Program-made: the position numbers and the translations under genes | Assembly (NCBI GenBank): GCA_965197985.1 | Contig: CBDAOG010000008.1 | Coordinates: 212,069 to 276,068, forward strand | Length of the DNA stretch: 64,000 bases | Direction of reading: 5' to 3' | Origin: Dehalococcoidia bacterium | GTDB taxonomy: Bacteria > Chloroflexota > Dehalococcoidia > Lucifugimonadales > CAUZJF01 | Shown: positions 17,817 through 26,578 of the stretch, one piece after another | Layout of the letters: every line of letters begins with the position of its first letter | How positions within the stretch are numbered: the first letter of the stretch is position 1 | Notes under the pieces: model-generated | Databases searched by the model: none | What the model was told of the DNA's origin: nothing | What the model saw: only the letters and a program-made list of their open reading frames with translations

Positions 17817-19157
17817 TCATCTTTTGGCCGAAGTTTCTTGACGCATCGGCAAAACTACTCTCTCAATGGGGCTCCCGCCCGCGCCGGAGCGCATGACCAA
17901 GCTGGGTAGATAGCGCGGCGCTACGAGACTGTCGCAGTCATCTGGACCATCTTCCCACTCGTACAGGCTCACGCGGATAGTATTCAGCGTGCGCCCTAGG
18001 AGCAGGGCAACTGTCCACGGGCAGCGAAGGAGCAAATGGACTTCGGACGTCTCCGAGCGTGACGCTGCCTGGCGTATGGCATGGGATGCCTCTGCGACTA
18101 TTGCGCCTGCGTCCTCGGGGAGCAGGTTCCCTTCAGTCACTGGCCGGATGTGGAACACGCTTGCGGGGCGGCCAAGACGGGCCTCAACGAGGCGGTCGAA
18201 CGCGGGGTCGCTCCGCGTCGGCAGCAGGTCCACGTAGACGACTGCCTCACCTATGGGTGCCTTGTGAGGGGAGCGATCCGTGACCTCCAACAATCGTGTC
18301 GAGGTTGCTGGAGCCGGAGCAGTATCGGGGGATGTCCACGTGTGGCCAGCGGTGTCTTCTACCTGCACATCTCCAACGAGGGTAGTGGGCAGCGCGGTGC
18401 CAAGAGCGAATGCAACCGATAGGTGCGCTCCTCCACTGACCCTTGCGCGCTTCGCACCAGCGATCTCCAAGAGGTGGGGGAGATCACCGAGAAAGAGCCG
18501 AAGGTCTTCCAATCCTTGCCGATGCGGGCGGCGATCACCATTCATGGCCGGCCGCAAGCGCACGACCAGGTCTCCGTACGGGCCAACGGCCGATGGAACG
18601 ATGCGAGTTTGCAGATTGATGTCGATGACTTGCCCGGTCGACTCGATACCCTCCCGTAGCGCCTCCATCCTTTGGCGACAGTGACTTCGCGCGATGTCCG
18701 CGATTTCCCTCGAAGTGAAGGCCGGGTCCTGGCGCAGTCCCTTTAGGATCGGCATAGTCTGGGACAGAAAACGGTCGGGAGCGGAATAGTCCAAGCCTCC
18801 GGCTTCGGCCCCGATGGTCGACGCGACCGACAGTGTGAACGCTCCTCCAGCCTCCAAGGCGAGCAGTTGCGGGAGTTCTGTGTCCCTGATGACGGTTGAT
18901 GATCCGACATCTGGGGTCACGACCAACACAGCGCCTGATAGCCCGGACTGCAATGCCTCTGCGAGCCGGCGCTCCGTGTCGCCCGGAGGAAGATCACTCC
19001 GATCGAGCCACACGGGAACGCCTGCGGCCCTCAGAGCCCACGCCAAGGCTGTTGCGAGCTCAGCGCCGTCGCTGTGTCGGTATGACAGGAAGACCGGTCC
19101 GCGAGGGGATACGCGGCTGGAGCCGTTTTTCATACTCCTTGGAGGCCCACTACTCAT
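17817..19157 (-). CDS. CBASS effector: TIR domain fused to SAVED-like sensor domain
   Basis: N-term VFLSYRHSDGAELATALAWALRAAGVPVWLD (TIR). C-term VHLLLRCPWTVALLLGRTLNTIRVSLYEW (typical SAVED terminal strand-helix pattern). GGAAGGA RBS. It is the first gene of the operon, 15 nt upstream of the CD-NTase. Confidence 0.75.
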   Translation of the reverse strand: MSSGPPRSMKNGSSRVSPRGPVFLSYRHSDGAELATALAWALRAAGVPVWLDRSDLPPGDTERRLAEALQSGLSGAVLVVTPDVGSSTVIRDTELPQLLALEAGGAFTLSVASTIGAEAGGLDYSAPDRFLSQTMPILKGLRQDPAFTSREIADIARSHCRQRMEALREGIESTGQVIDINLQTRIVPSAVGPYGDLVVRLRPAMNGDRRPHRQGLEDLRLFLGDLPHLLEIAGAKRARVSGGAHLSVAFALGTALPTTLVGDVQVEDTAGHTWTSPDTAPAPATSTRLLEVTDRSPHKAPIGEAVVYVDLLPTRSDPAFDRLVEARLGRPASVFHIRPVTEGNLLPEDAGAIVAEASHAIRQAASRSETSEVHLLLRCPWTVALLLGRTLNTIRVSLYEWEDGPDDCDSLVAPRYLPSLVMRSGAGGSPIERVVLPMRQETSAKR

Positions 19158-19260
19158 CTGGTCCTTCCCATAGAGCGCTACCGATCCTGCTACGTGTTGC
19201 TACAGCATTAGTATATGTCTTCTGAAGAACAAAGACAATGATCGCAATACTACTTCTACT

Positions 19261-20073
19261 ATGCCTGTTGGTATGCTAAACTGGGGGCACCATGATTGGG
19301 GGTTAGCCGCAATGGCCATTGAAATCGCCGGTTTCGCCCAGGCGCTAGCTCGGTGTCAGGCCTTTGAGTCTGTCGATGCTGGCGAGCTCGAGAATGTGCT
19401 CTCCAGTGGCCAGGACCCACTGGAGATGCTATTTGTTGAACCCTCGGCTGACGTCGCGCTCATTCGGTCGGGGGAGCCGTTTAGGTACCTGTACTTCGTT
19501 CAGCACGGCATGATCGTTCCTTGGCAGTTTCCCTACTCGGAGCTGCTCTCCCCCTTCCTGATAGGGGACCACGAGTTCATGATGGATGCGAAGCGCTGGG
19601 TGGCCTCTTATTCGGCCGCAACACAGACGACCGTGGTAGCCATCCCCGTCGCCACCATGAGGCTCGCCGTTGAAAGGCTGCCTCAGATACGCGCCAAGAT
19701 GAATCTTGTGTTGCTGAGGCGAATGGCGCGCTACTACTGGATCTCACTCGCTACCAATGGGAGCCCGGCGCCAAGGGTTGCTGCCGCTCTGATCTCCCGT
19801 CTTGCCCTAAGTGGCGAGGATCACGGTTGCGAGCGCGAGATCACCTTGCGGCAGCGAGACATCGTCCGGCTAACGGTCATGTCGCGCTCAGCCGTCGCCG
19901 GAGGCATTGCAAGACTCACCGACGCTGACCTTATTCGTACCGGGGATGAGAACAGCGAAAGATTCACAGGACTCGTCCATGTCCCGGACGTCGACCGACT
20001 AAAGGACTACGCGCTCGGCGAGGTTCGTGAAAGACAGGTCCGCCCACTGCTCCCGTCTACCACGGACAGATAG
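19261..20073 (+). CDS. Crp/Fnr-family-like regulator (cNMP-binding-like domain with degenerate phosphate-binding cassette + C-terminal HTH)
   Basis: Beta-barrel-like region ALIRSGEPFRYLYFVQHGMIV...LIGDHEFMMDAKRWVASYSAATQTTVVAIP. HTH ITLRQRDIVRLTVMSRSAVAGGIARLTDADLI. Divergent from the CBASS operon across a ~100-bp AT-rich gap. Start uncertain (19261, 19273 or 19312). Confidence 0.65.
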   Translation: MPVGMLNWGHHDWGLAAMAIEIAGFAQALARCQAFESVDAGELENVLSSGQDPLEMLFVEPSADVALIRSGEPFRYLYFVQHGMIVPWQFPYSELLSPFLIGDHEFMMDAKRWVASYSAATQTTVVAIPVATMRLAVERLPQIRAKMNLVLLRRMARYYWISLATNGSPAPRVAAALISRLALSGEDHGCEREITLRQRDIVRLTVMSRSAVAGGIARLTDADLIRTGDENSERFTGLVHVPDVDRLKDYALGEVRERQVRPLLPSTTDR

Positions 20074-20242
20074 TTCGCCGAAAAAGGGTTGCCTTCATTG
20101 TGAGAGTAGATCAGACCGTGCCCTCCCAATTCCCACGACGCGAAGTCTGGTCAGATTCCGTCAAACGCCCATTGGCTTGATCTGCGGTCGCTAAGAGACC
20201 CGCAGGGGTGAATTAACAGAGGAGATGGTGTAAGAACATAAG

Positions 20243-23200
20243 ATGAGCGAGAACGCATTGAGAGAGGCTCACGAAGTCGATCGGGAACAGGCACACCGAA
20301 ACGATGCCCGGCGCATCCTCCAAAGAGTTGCTCTGGCTTTGGAGAGCCAGCTATCCTCCGGGGTTCGTTGGCCCTTTGAGCTCCTCCAGAACGCCCACGA
20401 TTTCGGCGCGCGGGAGGGAGAGGACCTCGTCGAGGTCGAGTTTTGCCAGAACGACGAGAATCTGGTTGTTTCCCACAACGGAAGGATATTCAGCATTCCG
20501 GAACTCAAGGCGCTGTTGTCCGGCGGATCGAGTAAGGAGTTCGATGGAATGGAAACGACCGGCCGGTTCGGCACAGGGTTCTTGGTGACCCATGCCATAT
20601 CGTCGCGGGTTGATGTGGATGGGATTCTGCAGAGGGCGGATGGGCAGCTCGAGACCTTCCGGATTGAGCTGAACCGGCCACCGGATGAATCCCTAATTCT
20701 GAAGAACATTGAACTCACGGATGAAGCGTTTGGAGCCGCGCGGCCCACCAATGGGCCAATGGATGTTCCAACCGCATCTTTCACTTATCACGGCGCCAAC
20801 TCCGAGGTGGTTCGGGTGGGTTTGGACCGCTTGGAGCAGACTATTCCCTACCTGTACGGGACTTGCGACAATCTGGGGCAGGTACGAATCCGGCGTCCAG
20901 AAAGGACGGTTGTTTTCAGGCGAGAGTCGCCTCCCGGCACTGGAATCAAGGACATTGACGGGTTCTTTCTCAAGGAGGCCATCGTTACGGCCTCGGAGGG
21001 CGTTGCCACCAGACAATTCGCAGCCGTCAGCATCCTTGCCAAGGCAGCAACAGGCCTGGACGGCGCCGCAGGTGACGAGCATGCTTCTGCAGGATTGCTG
21101 TTGATCTTGAAGAAAGATGACGGCCAAATGAGCAGCATCGTATTCCCCGAACCGGGTTTCCCCAGGATCTTCGTCCAATTCCCAATCAACGAAACGGGAG
21201 CTTTGCCTTTCAACATCGTACTTGAAAGCAAGTTCAATCCAAAGCAGGAGCGGGACGGCATTACAATGAACCTTGACGACCGGAGACTCCTGAAGGCAGC
21301 GCTGTCAGCGTTTCCTTCCTTGATGGAGTATGCCGTGAATTCCGGCTGGGAGAATGCGCATAGACTCGCGTTTGTCGACGTGCCGCTTCAGGCCCTCGGG
21401 GGGGAAACCGCAGCGTCGGAGGAACTGGCCTGGTGGAAAGAAGTAATAGGAGAAGTCGCCGCGGCAACGGCCTCGAAGCCAATCATTTCAACCAGTAAAG
21501 GGTACCTCCCGGCAATCTCCGGTGATGATGAGTTCGTCTCGTTTCCGGTGCCGGCGGTCGGTGAGACGGAACGATTCCCTGTCGACTACGACAGCTTGTA
21601 TGACCTGACGGAACGGGTTGCCAATATTCGCCTGCCTGACAAGGCAGTTGCGGGGGAGTGGGAGGCGATATCAGGCCGATGGGCTGGCATCGGATTACCC
21701 GTGAACCGGGTAGGATTGAGGGAACTGGTGGAATGGGTAAGAGCGGGATGCCGAGCAGTTTCGGATCTCCCCATTGCTGGAGACCCTTTCGAGTGGCTGG
21801 CTGACCTGCTGCTGCTCATCTCCAGCCTTCCTGACGAAGTAAACAAGAGACAGTTTCTTAACGGGATGATGCCGGACCAGCATTCGCAATTGCGAAACGC
21901 GGGCGACCTTCGTTTCGATGGCGGGATCTCAGAAGACGTGAAGGACATCGCCGATACGGCACGCCTTGACCTTCGATCCGGCCTGCTGCACACCGGTTTG
22001 GTTGCGGTCCTCGGCTTGCCAGGGTACGAACCGGCGAAAGCTCTTGCAGAAGAAACCCTGGGCCGGCCGAATTCTGAATCCGAGGCGATTGAAGCCGTAC
22101 TCGACAGGTTGGATGAGCGGTTGCCCGATGACAGCCCAGTATCATCGTCCGATGGGCCCTCCGCCCTGCGTACATCGGCCCGGCTGGTTGTGTTCCTGGC
22201 GCCCGAGGAGGGAAACGCCGGGCTCCTTCGAAGGTGTCCTCTCCTGACGTCCGAGGACAAGGTCGTCCGCCTGGCAAACAACCTGCAGATTCTCGCGCCA
22301 GTATCGCTCTGGCACGATTCGTCCAGGCCCTACAAGGACCTCTACACCCAGAACCGCGTGCTGTCCGACCGATACACGGACGATGCGGAATTGAACGCGG
22401 CCCTGGCCCCCTTGATCGAGCGGTCGCTGACGATTCCCGGGCCGTTCTTCAGGGGCCGGCGGTCTTCGCCGGTGGACGGTCCGCTGCTCAAAGAGATCGC
22501 CCCTGACTGTCCGCTGGAGAGGGTCCCCTATGGATCGCACGAGTTCGGGCAGATTGCGTTCCTAGCCAACGAGTTGGTCCCCCGCTGCGGTAACGACGAG
22601 AAGCTTGCTGTACTGCTGCTAAATTTCGTGGTCAATGTGGCCGCCAAGGAAGACCCGGAGTGGCACAGTGCCAGTTCCGTCACTCTCAGGCCGCGCGACG
22701 GCGAGGAAGTGCAATTTCAGACATTCAATTCGACATGGCCCTTTGAGCTTAAGGTACGGTCCTGGATTCCAGTTGTCGACGAAGAAGGGAAGATAATCGG
22801 CCAGGTCCCAGCCAACGAAGCCAATCTGAGGCCTCTGCTCGGAGAAGAGTGGTTGCAGGACAACCCACCAGGTATAGACCTCTTGCACCGGGCGTTCGGA
22901 TTTCGGCAGCTCACGCTGATGCTGGAAAGCATGGACAAGGGTGTTGAGATGGACTTGGTTCAACTGCTTCAGGACCCCAACCTCGTAAAGTCCGTAGCGG
23001 CAAACCTGGATCTCATCAAAGCGACGGTTTCAAATCCGGAGGTCGCCCGAATCCTCTCCGAAGCGGAAGCCGGTGAAATCCAGGAAATCCAGGACGAGCT
23101 TGACAAGAAGAAACGCCAGAACGAGATAAGGAACCGGAACAGCAACTTTGGGCACGCGGTCCAGGAAGCGGTCAAAAAAGCGGTGGAAGCCCTGGGCCTG

Positions 23201-23629
23201 AGGCTGGAGCTTGTGGACTGGGGGTACGACTATGAAGTCTTTCCGGATGGTGCGTCGTTCACCTTCGAGGTTGGGAGCTATTTCCTGGAGGTAAAGGCCA
23301 CCACCACCCGTGACGTCCGGTTGACCCCAACGCAAGCCAACAAGGCCTGGCACGAGCCGGATCGGTTCGTTCTGTGCGTCGTCGACCTTTTCGGCCAGCA
23401 GATCAAAGAGGCCTGGGAACCGGCGGACATAGTGCCCTGTGCCAAATTCGTAACCCGGATCGGAGGCGAATTCGAGGAGATCCACAAGGGTGTCACCAGC
23501 TTCTCCGACACCGCCAAGCCCGTCCACCTTCGCAATGAAGAAATGCTCCGTTACGGAGTTTCCGTGGACCTGTGGAGCCAGGGAGTTTCCATCACTGAAT
23601 GGGTCCGTTCATTACCGGGTTCACCATGA
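20243..23629 (+). CDS. 1128-aa GHKL-type ATPase (sacsin/NO VEIN-like N-terminus) with C-terminal PD-(D/E)xK DUF3883-like nuclease domain
   Basis: Bergerat-fold N-box WPFELLQNAHDFG. G-box ETTGRFGTGFLVTH. C-term WGYDYEVFPDG...SYFLEVKATTTRDVRLTPTQANKAWHEPDRFVLCVVDL. 170 bp downstream of the Crp-like gene on the same strand. Confidence 0.8.
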   Translation: MSENALREAHEVDREQAHRNDARRILQRVALALESQLSSGVRWPFELLQNAHDFGAREGEDLVEVEFCQNDENLVVSHNGRIFSIPELKALLSGGSSKEFDGMETTGRFGTGFLVTHAISSRVDVDGILQRADGQLETFRIELNRPPDESLILKNIELTDEAFGAARPTNGPMDVPTASFTYHGANSEVVRVGLDRLEQTIPYLYGTCDNLGQVRIRRPERTVVFRRESPPGTGIKDIDGFFLKEAIVTASEGVATRQFAAVSILAKAATGLDGAAGDEHASAGLLLILKKDDGQMSSIVFPEPGFPRIFVQFPINETGALPFNIVLESKFNPKQERDGITMNLDDRRLLKAALSAFPSLMEYAVNSGWENAHRLAFVDVPLQALGGETAASEELAWWKEVIGEVAAATASKPIISTSKGYLPAISGDDEFVSFPVPAVGETERFPVDYDSLYDLTERVANIRLPDKAVAGEWEAISGRWAGIGLPVNRVGLRELVEWVRAGCRAVSDLPIAGDPFEWLADLLLLISSLPDEVNKRQFLNGMMPDQHSQLRNAGDLRFDGGISEDVKDIADTARLDLRSGLLHTGLVAVLGLPGYEPAKALAEETLGRPNSESEAIEAVLDRLDERLPDDSPVSSSDGPSALRTSARLVVFLAPEEGNAGLLRRCPLLTSEDKVVRLANNLQILAPVSLWHDSSRPYKDLYTQNRVLSDRYTDDAELNAALAPLIERSLTIPGPFFRGRRSSPVDGPLLKEIAPDCPLERVPYGSHEFGQIAFLANELVPRCGNDEKLAVLLLNFVVNVAAKEDPEWHSASSVTLRPRDGEEVQFQTFNSTWPFELKVRSWIPVVDEEGKIIGQVPANEANLRPLLGEEWLQDNPPGIDLLHRAFGFRQLTLMLESMDKGVEMDLVQLLQDPNLVKSVAANLDLIKATVSNPEVARILSEAEAGEIQEIQDELDKKKRQNEIRNRNSNFGHAVQEAVKKAVEALGLRLELVDWGYDYEVFPDGASFTFEVGSYFLEVKATTTRDVRLTPTQANKAWHEPDRFVLCVVDLFGQQIKEAWEPADIVPCAKFVTRIGGEFEEIHKGVTSFSDTAKPVHLRNEEMLRYGVSVDLWSQGVSITEWVRSLPGSP

Positions 23630-23736
23630 ACCGGGGCCACTTCTTGGCACCGGGGTTTCACGGACTGGTGGAGTTGAGAGACTGCTTGGGATCACCCGAG
23701 CGCCGAGCCCTATGGGAATCCTCACAGGCCACCCAG

Positions 23737-24022
23737 CCACATCTCGAAGATGGTTCTGTCTATCGTCAAAGTAGGCCCACCTGAAGAGAGTCGAACCACC
23801 CCGTATGCCATCGCGGTGTTAAGAATCACAGGTCCCCCAGCCAAATCTCAATGAGGGCACCACCTCCCATCCCTCCGCCCTCGAGGTGTCACACTACAGG
23901 AATTGAGAGGCCTTGGTGCGTCGAAAGGCTACCGAGCCACATCTCGAAGATAGTGGTATCTACCGTATGCGTTGGTGGGCCTAAGTTGACGGTAGGCAGA
24001 ACCATCTTCGAGATGTGGATGG
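23737..24022. repeat. Three copies of a ~45-nt motif (CCACATCTCGAAGATGGTTCTGCCTACCGTCAACTTAGGCCCACC); two form a long imperfect hairpin
   Basis: Copies lie at 23737-23783 (+), 23937-23985 (+, diverged) and 23972-24022 (-). A fourth copy lies at 54946-54992 (+). Confidence 0.75.
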
Positions 24023-24110
24023 GGCTGTAGTCTATCGCGCCACTGTCTGGGCGACGCCATGGGGCCATGCTCTCCAGGCTAGTTTATTTGGCTGACCGGA
24101 CCGTTCAACC

Positions 24111-25289
24111 CTAGCGGCCCGGCGACAGCAGCTCGTTGGCGTACTTCGGAACGAACGTCTGCCTTGTGACCTCAACCTCCGAAATGCCGCCAGTTCGATA
24201 GGTAGCACATTCGGAGGAGCCGGCCTCGCAGGCATATAGCACAACATTGCCGCCGCGAGCCTTGCGCAGTGAGTATGGCTCCACCCTTTGCACGTCCCCC
24301 TCGTAATCCACGTCGACACACAGCCTGTTGGCAGCAGCAAAGCGAATGCGCTCCAGAGTGGAGGCGTTCATGCCCAGGTCCTGGCTCGTTGAGGATGGAC
24401 TCACGACTTCTTCGTCCGGGCCAATGGGCATTGGTGTAGGAGATGAAGAGGCTATGCTCCCGTGGAGCCATGTGAAGAACTCCGGAATGGCCGACCAAAA
24501 GGACTCGATTGGAGGCACCGCAGGCAGCTGGTGTCCGAGCATGACTTCCCAGTCGCTCTCCATCTCTTCCCTGAATGGCTGGAGAGAAGCCGGATTGGGA
24601 ACCTGTATGCCCTTGAACTCACACTTCTCGCGTAGGACATGGAGGATGGCAGCCGCATCTGGGCGAAGGTCTTCCCTTCGAAAGAGGCTGATCACGTCGT
24701 AGAGATCTCTCGGACGTGCGCGCTCCCCCAGGGCGCGTGTCTTCTCGCCCACGAGCTCCGCAAGAGGATATGTCCGGGCGGACATGCCGTCTTCCGGGTA
24801 GTCGGAGTAGAGATGGGAGACGGCTCGTTCAACAGGCCGATGCACAATCCTCTCATCGGCGGTCAGATCGAGCTTGACCCTGGGAAGGCTGCCTCTCGGT
24901 TGCATTGGGCCGCGGTAGTAGATGCGGCCTTCAATCTGGAGATTCCCTCTAGGATTGCGGTACGCCCTGAAACGAGGACTCTGCGTAGAGATGTCTATTC
25001 CGCTATGGTCGTACATCCAATCCGCAATGCCTTGGAAGACGTCCGCGAGGATTCTTCCATCCAATAGACTGGCGTCTTCTACCGTGAAGTCCAGGTCCTC
25101 CGAGAGCCGGTAGGTCTCGACGAAGCACTTCTTGAGGCAGGTTCCGCCCTTGAACACCCAAGCTGGGGCGAGTACGGGGTGGGCAAAGATTCCGGCCAGC
25201 ATCCAGCCTAGGACGTAGTCCTTCTCTATCATGTCGACTCGAAGATCCCGCTCGCCGGCAATGGTGAGCACCTCGCTCCGGTCAATCAT
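24111..25289 (-). CDS. abiEii: AbiEii/AbiGii-family nucleotidyltransferase toxin with ~90-aa C-terminal WYL-like extension
   Basis: IEKDYVLGWMLAGI, FKGGTCLKKCF, YRLSEDLDFTV, VKLDLT are typical DUF1814/AbiEii blocks. The extension reads ERIRFAAANRLCVDVDYEGDVQRVEPYSLRKARGGNVVLYACE...YRTGGISEVEVTRQTF. Overlaps abiEi by 8 nt. Confidence 0.85.
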   Translation of the reverse strand: MIDRSEVLTIAGERDLRVDMIEKDYVLGWMLAGIFAHPVLAPAWVFKGGTCLKKCFVETYRLSEDLDFTVEDASLLDGRILADVFQGIADWMYDHSGIDISTQSPRFRAYRNPRGNLQIEGRIYYRGPMQPRGSLPRVKLDLTADERIVHRPVERAVSHLYSDYPEDGMSARTYPLAELVGEKTRALGERARPRDLYDVISLFRREDLRPDAAAILHVLREKCEFKGIQVPNPASLQPFREEMESDWEVMLGHQLPAVPPIESFWSAIPEFFTWLHGSIASSSPTPMPIGPDEEVVSPSSTSQDLGMNASTLERIRFAAANRLCVDVDYEGDVQRVEPYSLRKARGGNVVLYACEAGSSECATYRTGGISEVEVTRQTFVPKYANELLSPGR

Positions 25290-26076
25290 GTCTCGGCTCC
25301 TCCCAAGACTTAGGTATCCAGAGTTGCCATCGCTTCACGAGCCGCCGGGACGGAGTGGAGGGGTCCAGTTGTGCGTTGCCTGCCGTAAGCCGGGACTGGC
25401 AGGCATCCAGCACCTGCTCGTCTGTCCCTAGCCGCGAGAGAAGGAATCCCAGGCGCTTGAAGACTGCGCCGTTACCCAGGCGGTCCGTATACTCGATGAG
25501 CTTGGAGAGGTCGACCCGCTCCGCCTGTAGGTAGGCCTGAAGGCAATCGAAGACATGCCGTATGCCGCCCCCGATGCGCGGTTCGTCCAGCATGTCCACC
25601 ACCGTCCGGTGAATGTCTGAAACCTGCACCTTCACCTTGCCATACCAGACGGGCCGAGTGCCGAATATCTTGTCGGGTTTGACCCGCTTCAAGACGAAGG
25701 TGGTGCCCTGTATCCGCTGCTCACGGGGCTTGCTGCCACTCGCCGTGCAGACGAGCACGCTGAGAAATATTTGCTCGGTCAGGTCCCAGTGTTCGGCAGC
25801 CGACCAACCCCCGACGTAGCCAGGGTAGAATAGCTCAGGAACCAGAATCCAAGGCTCTGTGAACACCTGGGCCTGAAGGGGGGAGTCCGGCGGGATGGGA
25901 GCGTAGAGGCCGCGTCTTACGTGTCGGAACCAACCCTGCTGGCTCCACCGCCACAGGGTCTTGGCGGCTTCCTGACGCGACACGCCAAGGGACTGTGCCG
26001 CATCTTCAACGGTCACCAGATCGCCCCCGTCGCGCAGGACGTTGGCTAGCCTCTCTCTTCCGATGCTGCGTCTCAT
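25282..26076 (-). CDS. abiEi: AbiEi-family antitoxin/transcriptional regulator
   Basis: N-terminal wHTH VTVEDAAQSLGVSRQEAAKTLWRWSQQGWFRHVRRGLY. C-terminal AbiEi-type domain (GYVGGWSAAEHWDLTEQI, VSDIHRTVVDMLD). Located upstream of abiEii and overlapping it. Confidence 0.85.
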   Translation of the reverse strand: MRRSIGRERLANVLRDGGDLVTVEDAAQSLGVSRQEAAKTLWRWSQQGWFRHVRRGLYAPIPPDSPLQAQVFTEPWILVPELFYPGYVGGWSAAEHWDLTEQIFLSVLVCTASGSKPREQRIQGTTFVLKRVKPDKIFGTRPVWYGKVKVQVSDIHRTVVDMLDEPRIGGGIRHVFDCLQAYLQAERVDLSKLIEYTDRLGNGAVFKRLGFLLSRLGTDEQVLDACQSRLTAGNAQLDPSTPSRRLVKRWQLWIPKSWEEPRHD

Positions 26077-26409
26077 TGGCCTTCAACCCCGCTCAGTCCT
26101 GCATTATACTGGAGAGCCACCTGTTCGCTGTTTAGGAGAACTGTCCTCCCATTGATGTACCTATCAGAGAAGGCGGTACTCTGGTATAACGAGTGGCAGT
26201 CTTAATCTTCAAAATAGAGAACTGTGCCCTGTATAGTATACCCCTGTATTCCTCACAAGGCTGGCACCGGTACATGTCCGGGGAGACGCTATCGCTGCCA
26301 GCAGACCGATAGCGGACCGCTGTGTGCAAGTTTTGGAACCACGGAATATGAGTCGTTTTCTGAGCGCAGATGGAATCGGAGCGAAGAACCTGGGGAGGGG
26401 CTGTCCAAA

Positions 26410-26481
26410 TTGGGCCAGTACTACGGTTACATTATGAGCAGCTACAAAGGGACCCTCTACACAGGATTGACCAGCGGTTGA
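26410..26481 (+). pseudogene. Possible GIY-YIG nuclease N-terminal stub
   Basis: YYGYIMSSYKGTLYTGLTSG(stop) resembles the GIY-YIG N-terminal strand pair. It is cut by a stop and then by the IS fragment at 26579. Confidence 0.3.
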
Positions 26482-26578
26482 ATCCGTATTGGTCCAACCT
26501 CGCTCGTCTCTGGACCCAAGACTCCCGGCCGCCCCAGACCCTTCGCCCCAATGAGAATCGGGACTCAGGGAACATTTA

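Noticed and set aside
19158-19260. Search for a Crp-type TGTGA-n6-TCACA box in the divergent CBASS/Crp-like promoter region
   Set aside because: Only weak direct repeats (TGCTAC...TGCTAC) were seen, with no convincing palindrome. No regulatory site is claimed.
23770-23880. tRNA-like string (GAGTCGAACCACCCC) suggesting a tRNA gene or integration site
   Set aside because: The bases flanking the putative T-loop are not complementary (AAGAG vs CCACC). No acceptor stem or anticodon arm could be drawn on either strand.
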